DNA of 39,030 bases, from assembly GCA_044220955.1 (NCBI GenBank), contig JBGAQA010000046.1, forward strand, positions 9,872 through 48,901, read 5' to 3'. Of this stretch, positions 34,281 to 39,030 are shown in pieces. Each line of letters starts with the position of its first letter. The first letter of the stretch is position 1. The stretch is from Sandaracinaceae bacterium (GTDB taxonomy: Bacteria; Myxococcota_A; Polyangia; Polyangiales; Sandaracinaceae). The notes below the pieces were generated by a model. It had not been told where the DNA came from. It saw only the letters and a program-made list of their open reading frames with translations, and ran no database searches. Both the position numbers and the translations under genes were made by a program.

Positions 34281-36101
34281 GTGGCTGACGGTCCGACGAC
34301 CGAGGCTGGCCCGCCGGATCCGGGGAAGCCGACGAACGCACGCCCGCTGGTGCCGAAGCCCGCAGCGATCGCGCCGCCGCCGGAGCCGGAGCCGCCCGCC
34401 GCGGACGCCGGTGCCGACGTGGAGGTCGACGCGGACGTCGAGGTCGGGGAGCCGGCGGCCTCCCCCGCGAAGCAATCGGGCTCCGGCCCGACGGCCCTCC
34501 AGAAGTCGTCGCAGTCGGGCCCGGACCCGCTCATCGGCCGGGTCGTCAACGATCGCTTCCGCATCGTGTCCATGCTCGCCCGCGGCGGCATGGGGAAGGT
34601 CTATCGCGCCGAGCAGGCACCCCTGGGCCGCGAGGTCGCGCTCAAGGTCCTCAACCCCAACTACAGCGGGGACAACGACCCCGAGTTCCACAAGCGCTTC
34701 TTCCTCGAGGCGTCGACCTGCTCGAAGCTCACCCACCCGAACACGGTCACGATCTTCGACTACGGCCGGACGGACGACGACGTCTACTACATCGCGATGG
34801 AGCTGCTCGAGGGGCGCACGCTGCACCGCGCGCTCCGGGACGAGGGCCCGTTCGGCGCGGAGCGCGCCCTCGGCGTCGCGCGCCAGATCTGCCGCTCGCT
34901 GCGGGAGGCGCACGGCCTCGGCGTCATCCACCGAGATCTGAAGCCGGCCAACGTCTACCTCGTTCGCCACGGCGACGAGAACGACTTCGTGAAGGTCCTC
35001 GACTTCGGCCTCGTGAAGAACGTGGACGACAAGGGCGAGGATCTCACGCAGACGGGCCTGTTCATGGGCTCGCCGAAGTACATGTCGCCCGAGCAGATCC
35101 GCGGCGAGCGCGCGGACGCCCGCGCCGACATCTACTCGCTCGGCGTGATGATCTACGAGATGGTCACCGGGAAGGTGCCGTTCGACCGGCCCAACTCGGT
35201 GAACATCCTGATGGCGCACGTGCACGAGGCACCGCCGCCCTTCGCGGAGATCAACCCGAACGTATCCGTCTCGCCCTTGCTCGAGGCGCTGGTGATGAAG
35301 TGCCTCAACAAGCAGGCGTCGGACCGCTACGGCAGCATGGAGGAGCTGCTCGGCGCGATGAAGGGCATGGGCGATCCGCGCAGCGGCGACCTCGGCACGT
35401 CGGGCGAGGTGACGGCGTACTCCACCGGCAAGCATCCGCGGCAGGCCGGGGACGTGCAGGCGTCGCTCACCCCGAGCGGCGTCGTCGTCCCTCCGAGCTC
35501 GCTCAAGACACAACAGCCGAACGTGACGTCGACCTCGACCACGCTCCCCGCCGGACGGGACACCGAGCCAGCGCCCCCCTCGCGCGCGCCGATGTTCGCG
35601 GTGCTCGGCCTCGGCGTGGCGGTGATCGCGGGGCTCGTGTGGTTCGCGTCCGGCGGGACCCCGCCGCCCTCGACCACGAGCGTGCGGCCCGAGCACGACG
35701 ACGCGATCGGCACGCTTCCGACGTCGGTGCCCCACGTCGATCCGCCGCCCACGAGCGTGACGCCCGCCATCCTACGGACGCTGGTGTCGCTGCGCTCCGA
35801 GCCCGCGGGCGCCACCGTGAACGTCGGCGAGCAAGCGTACGGACCGACGCCGACGGACGTCGAGTGGACGGGAGACGACGCGATCCGGGGCCGCGAGGTC
35901 ACGTTCGTGTTCCACCTCGCGGGACACCGCGACTACTCGGTGGTGCGCACCGTGACCGGGGAGACGCTCGACGTGAGCGCGACGCTCGATGCGCTGCCCA
36001 CCGATCGGCCGTTCCGTCCGCGCCCGCCCCGCCGCCCCGAGGGCGACGACGGCACGAGCCCGGTCGGCCCGGTCAAGGGCTACAAGCTCGATCCGTATTG
36101 A
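34281..36101 (+). CDS. Membrane Hanks-type Ser/Thr protein kinase with PEGA-like extracytoplasmic domain
   Basis: GAGGAG RBS before GTG 34281; ARGGMGKVY, VALKVL, HRDLKPAN, DFG, GSPKYMSPEQ, DIYSLG; TM helix; SLRSEPAGATVNVG...GPTP. Confidence 0.95.
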   Translation: MADGPTTEAGPPDPGKPTNARPLVPKPAAIAPPPEPEPPAADAGADVEVDADVEVGEPAASPAKQSGSGPTALQKSSQSGPDPLIGRVVNDRFRIVSMLARGGMGKVYRAEQAPLGREVALKVLNPNYSGDNDPEFHKRFFLEASTCSKLTHPNTVTIFDYGRTDDDVYYIAMELLEGRTLHRALRDEGPFGAERALGVARQICRSLREAHGLGVIHRDLKPANVYLVRHGDENDFVKVLDFGLVKNVDDKGEDLTQTGLFMGSPKYMSPEQIRGERADARADIYSLGVMIYEMVTGKVPFDRPNSVNILMAHVHEAPPPFAEINPNVSVSPLLEALVMKCLNKQASDRYGSMEELLGAMKGMGDPRSGDLGTSGEVTAYSTGKHPRQAGDVQASLTPSGVVVPPSSLKTQQPNVTSTSTTLPAGRDTEPAPPSRAPMFAVLGLGVAVIAGLVWFASGGTPPPSTTSVRPEHDDAIGTLPTSVPHVDPPPTSVTPAILRTLVSLRSEPAGATVNVGEQAYGPTPTDVEWTGDDAIRGREVTFVFHLAGHRDYSVVRTVTGETLDVSATLDALPTDRPFRPRPPRRPEGDDGTSPVGPVKGYKLDPY

Positions 36102-36156
36102 GTCTTCAGAGAGCGCTGGCGCCTCTCGACATCGTCCTGGTCTTTCGGGACCCAGT

Positions 36157-36181
36157 CCTCTCCCCGCCGGGCGGGGAGAGG
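36157..36181. repeat. REP-like GC hairpin between convergent genes
   Basis: cctctccccgc-cgg-gcggggagagg, a perfect 11-bp stem. Confidence 0.75.
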
Positions 36182-36216
36182 GAGTCGCACCCTGCCCGGC
36201 CCGCGCCGGCGGTCGA

Positions 36217-37410
36217 CTACCAGCCGCTGATCTTGGCGATCATGTACTTCATGACCTCGCTCGTGCCGCCACCGATGCGGAGCAAGCGGTGGTCGCGGTA
36301 GTAGCGCGCGACCCAGAGATCCTCGAGGTAGCCCATGCCCCCGTGGAACTGCACGACCTGGTCGGCCACGATGGACATCTCCTCGCCGACGAAGAGCTTG
36401 GCCATCGCGATCATCTTGGTCGTCTCGAACGAGATGTCGCCCTTGTTCACGTAGCGGTCCGTGTTGAACGCGTGCGCGGCGCGGTAGGTCAGCGAGCGCG
36501 CGGCCTCGACCTTCGTGTAGAGCTCGGCGAGCTTGTGCTGCCAGACCTCGCGCTTGATGAGCGGCTTGCCGAACGCCACGCGGGAGCGGCCCCACTCGAG
36601 CGAGCGGTCGAGCGCGTGCTGCGAGCCGGCGACGGCCGAGCTGGCTGCGATGAGGCGCTCGCTCTGGAAGTTCTGCATCAGGTAGATGAAGCCCATGCCT
36701 TCCTGACCGAGGAGGTAGCGCTTGGGCACGCGGCAGTTGTCGAAGAAGAGCTCGGCGGTGTCGCTCGACCAGTTGCCCATCTTGCTGAGCTTCTTGCTGA
36801 CGCCGAAGCCCTTGGTGTCGGTCGGGAACAGGATGATGGAGATCCCGTGGTGGCCGGCCTCGGGGTTGGTCTTCACGAGCAAGGTGACGAAGTCCGCGCG
36901 CGTCCCGTTCGTGATGTAGGTCTTGCTGCCGTTGATGACGTAGTCGCCGCCCTCGCTGCGCGCCGTCGTGCGCATGCCCGCGACGTCGCTGCCGGCCCCG
37001 GGCTCGCTCACGCCGAGCGCCGCGATCTTGTCGCCTCGGAGCGCAGGCTCGAGGAACTCCTTCTTCTGCTCGGCCGTGCCGAGCTCGTTGATGCAGGGCG
37101 TAGCCATGTCGCTCTGCACCAAGAGGCCCATGCCGACGCCGGCCATGCCGCAGTGGATGAGCTCCTCGCTCTTGGCGATCGAATACCAGTAGTCGCCGCC
37201 ACCGCCGCCGACGTCCTCCGGGTAGTGCGCGCCCGTGATGCCGAGCTCGCCGGCCCGCTTGAAGACCCAGTTCGGGAAGAGCTCGTCGCGCTCCCACTCC
37301 TCGACGTGCGGCGCGAGCTCCTTGACGGCGAAGTCGCGCACCGTCTTTCGGAACATGTCGTGCTCGGGCGTGAACGGAGGAAACGGAGCGGGCGCGTTCG
37401 TGTCGGTCAT
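36217..37410 (-). CDS. Acyl-CoA dehydrogenase
   Basis: GGAG RBS before ATG 37410; ALGVSEPGAGSDVA, INGSKTYITNG, DTAELFFDN, FQSERL, QFHGGMGY, RIGGGTSEVMK. Confidence 0.96.
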   Translation of the reverse strand: MTDTNAPAPFPPFTPEHDMFRKTVRDFAVKELAPHVEEWERDELFPNWVFKRAGELGITGAHYPEDVGGGGGDYWYSIAKSEELIHCGMAGVGMGLLVQSDMATPCINELGTAEQKKEFLEPALRGDKIAALGVSEPGAGSDVAGMRTTARSEGGDYVINGSKTYITNGTRADFVTLLVKTNPEAGHHGISIILFPTDTKGFGVSKKLSKMGNWSSDTAELFFDNCRVPKRYLLGQEGMGFIYLMQNFQSERLIAASSAVAGSQHALDRSLEWGRSRVAFGKPLIKREVWQHKLAELYTKVEAARSLTYRAAHAFNTDRYVNKGDISFETTKMIAMAKLFVGEEMSIVADQVVQFHGGMGYLEDLWVARYYRDHRLLRIGGGTSEVMKYMIAKISGW

Positions 37411-37497
37411 TGGCTTCTCCGGGACTGAATGGCCATTCATTCGTACCAGCCCGTGGCGGCTCTCCGCAAGCCTCCCTGGTATCCTCCGCCCGAGACC

Positions 37498-38007
37498 GTG
37501 CGCACGCTCGCGCTCATCACGCTCCCGCTGCTCGCGCTCGCCCTTCCGGGGTGCGAGACGCTCGACCGCTTCCGCACCGACGATCACGCGGTGTTCCACG
37601 GCCGGGTGACGGGCGACACCACGGACTCCTTCATCCGACGCGGTTTCGCCGCCGGGACCACGATCGACCTCGAGTTCGACCCGACGCTGGCCCACGGTCC
37701 CGCCGCGGGCACGATCACGACCGCCTCGCCCGACGGCGTGGCTCACTTCGACCACACCGAGCTACGCGTGATCGAGTCGCTCGAGCACGATCTGCTCTCG
37801 CAGTACGACTTCCCGGGCGCCGGGCGGATCCGCAATTTCGTCTACGACGCGCGGCCCGAGGCCGGTCCCCTCGCCGGGCGCGACGCGATGGTCTTCCTCT
37901 CGCTGATGGAGGACGGCTCGATCGAGGTGCGGGTGATGGCGGGAACGGGCGACGAGTCGCGCGGCGACGTCTTCGGTCTGTTCCGCGCGTCGCGCGTGGC
38001 GCGATAG
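37498..38007 (+). CDS. Hypothetical lipoprotein
   Basis: GTG 37498; lipobox LALPGC; TGGTATCCT extended -10 at 37477-37485. Confidence 0.75.
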   Translation: MRTLALITLPLLALALPGCETLDRFRTDDHAVFHGRVTGDTTDSFIRRGFAAGTTIDLEFDPTLAHGPAAGTITTASPDGVAHFDHTELRVIESLEHDLLSQYDFPGAGRIRNFVYDARPEAGPLAGRDAMVFLSLMEDGSIEVRVMAGTGDESRGDVFGLFRASRVAR

Positions 38008-38044
38008 CCCGCGAGCCGCGCGGCGCTCGAAAGGGCCGAGCGGG

Positions 38045-39030
38045 TCACTGCTGCGCGCTGAAGACGATCGGAAACGTCGTCTGCGTCTCGGAGGCGGAGG
38101 GCGGGAACTGCCACCGGCGCACGCCGCGCTCGAGGCAGTCCTGCAGACCGGCGACCGTCGGACCGCGGGCGTGGACGAGCGTCACGCGTCCGCTCGTGCC
38201 GATCGTGATGTCGATGTCGTAGCGGACGTCGCCGTCGACGTGGCCCGCGGCGCGCAGCGCCGTCTCCCAGCACGTCGTGAGCCCGCGCTGACCGGCGCGG
38301 CGGACCTCGCTGATCTGCTCGGCGGTCAGCTCCGAGCTCGAGTGGCGCGCGGTGCTCGTGTCGTCGTGGTGGGGCGCAGTGCTCGTGGCGATCGGCGCCG
38401 GGCCCGCGCCGTCGTCGGCGAACTGCGCGAAAGGATCGTCACCCGGGGGCGCCTTGGTCGCGGCACGGCCGCCGCTCGTCGGGGGCGCCGCGGTCCCCGT
38501 GTGAGGCACGCGCACGAGCGTCGTCGCGGGCACGGCGCTGGTCGGCGGCGGCGCGGCCGTCGGTGGCGGCGCGGCGACCGTCGCGACGCTGGCCGGCGGC
38601 GGCGAGTCGTCGATCGGCGCGAGGTGAGGCACCTCGGTGGTCGGGGCGACGGTCGCCACGGTCGCGACGACGGTCGTCGTCGGAGCAGGCGGCGCCAGGA
38701 CGAAGCGCTGGACGATGCCATACATGAGCACGCCACCCGCGGCCATGGCGAAGCCGATGCCCATCATCGCGCCGACGCCGAGGCTACCCCGGCGCTCTTC
38801 GCGCGGCGGCGACGCCGCCACGGGGGCCGGCGGCGCGAAGGCGGCAGGACCGGGCGCCGGCGCGGCGAGGGCGGCCGGAGGCGGCACGAACGAGGGCCGC
38901 TTCGGCTCGGGCTCGGCGGGCGGGAGCCCGAAGGGCTCGTCGTCGACCTCGGCCAGCGCTGCCGGCGGCGGCGTGACGGGCTTCGGCGCGGCCTTGGGGG
39001 CGGGCGCCGGCGCCATGGGGCGGGCGGGAA
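38045..39030 (-). CDS. GltJ/AgmX-like gliding-motility protein, partial (Pro-rich linker, TM, AgmX/PglI TonB-C-like domain)
   Basis: LTAEQISEV...LTTCWETAL...ITIGTSGRV...LQDCLERGVRRWQFP...TFPIVF; frame is open to the window edge. Confidence 0.8.
   Translation of the reverse strand, partial: PARPMAPAPAPKAAPKPVTPPPAALAEVDDEPFGLPPAEPEPKRPSFVPPPAALAAPAPGPAAFAPPAPVAASPPREERRGSLGVGAMMGIGFAMAAGGVLMYGIVQRFVLAPPAPTTTVVATVATVAPTTEVPHLAPIDDSPPPASVATVAAPPPTAAPPPTSAVPATTLVRVPHTGTAAPPTSGGRAATKAPPGDDPFAQFADDGAGPAPIATSTAPHHDDTSTARHSSSELTAEQISEVRRAGQRGLTTCWETALRAAGHVDGDVRYDIDITIGTSGRVTLVHARGPTVAGLQDCLERGVRRWQFPPSASETQTTFPIVFSAQQ

Noticed and set aside
1..39030. CRISPR arrays, transposases, prophage, rRNA/tRNA and numerous long antisense ORFs
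   Set aside because: No spaced direct repeats or recognisable motifs were seen; the antisense and off-frame ORFs are expected from stop-codon scarcity at this GC content.

Overview
Very GC-rich (roughly 70-75% by eye) bacterial chromosomal window. Gene content suggests Myxococcota, probably Polyangiales/Sandaracinaceae-like: a Hanks kinase with a PEGA-like tail, an AgmX/PglI-type C-terminal domain protein, a receiver/J-domain hybrid and many lipoproteins. About 32 genes are supportable; most other six-frame ORFs are GC shadows. Housekeeping genes include def, fmt, a PduO-type adenosyltransferase, yhbY, bioA, an SDR, an Old Yellow Enzyme and an acyl-CoA dehydrogenase. No rRNA, tRNA, CRISPR array or transposase was seen. 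The most interesting candidate systems are: (1) a YhfC/PrsW-type intramembrane protease fused in frame to an ABC ATPase, coupled to an ABC-2 permease and divergent from a secreted YD-like protein with a shortened Hint domain; (2) a coupled ferritin-like diiron (DUF455-like) plus ATP-grasp ligase pair; (3) a tandem pair of giant DUF3857/transglutaminase proteins, one with an intact Cys-His-Asp triad and one a lipoprotein pseudo-enzyme; (4) a 147-bp gap-free imperfect palindrome; (5) repeated leaderless-type -10 promoters, including a symmetric bidirectional one. All family assignments come from motif recognition, not database searches.
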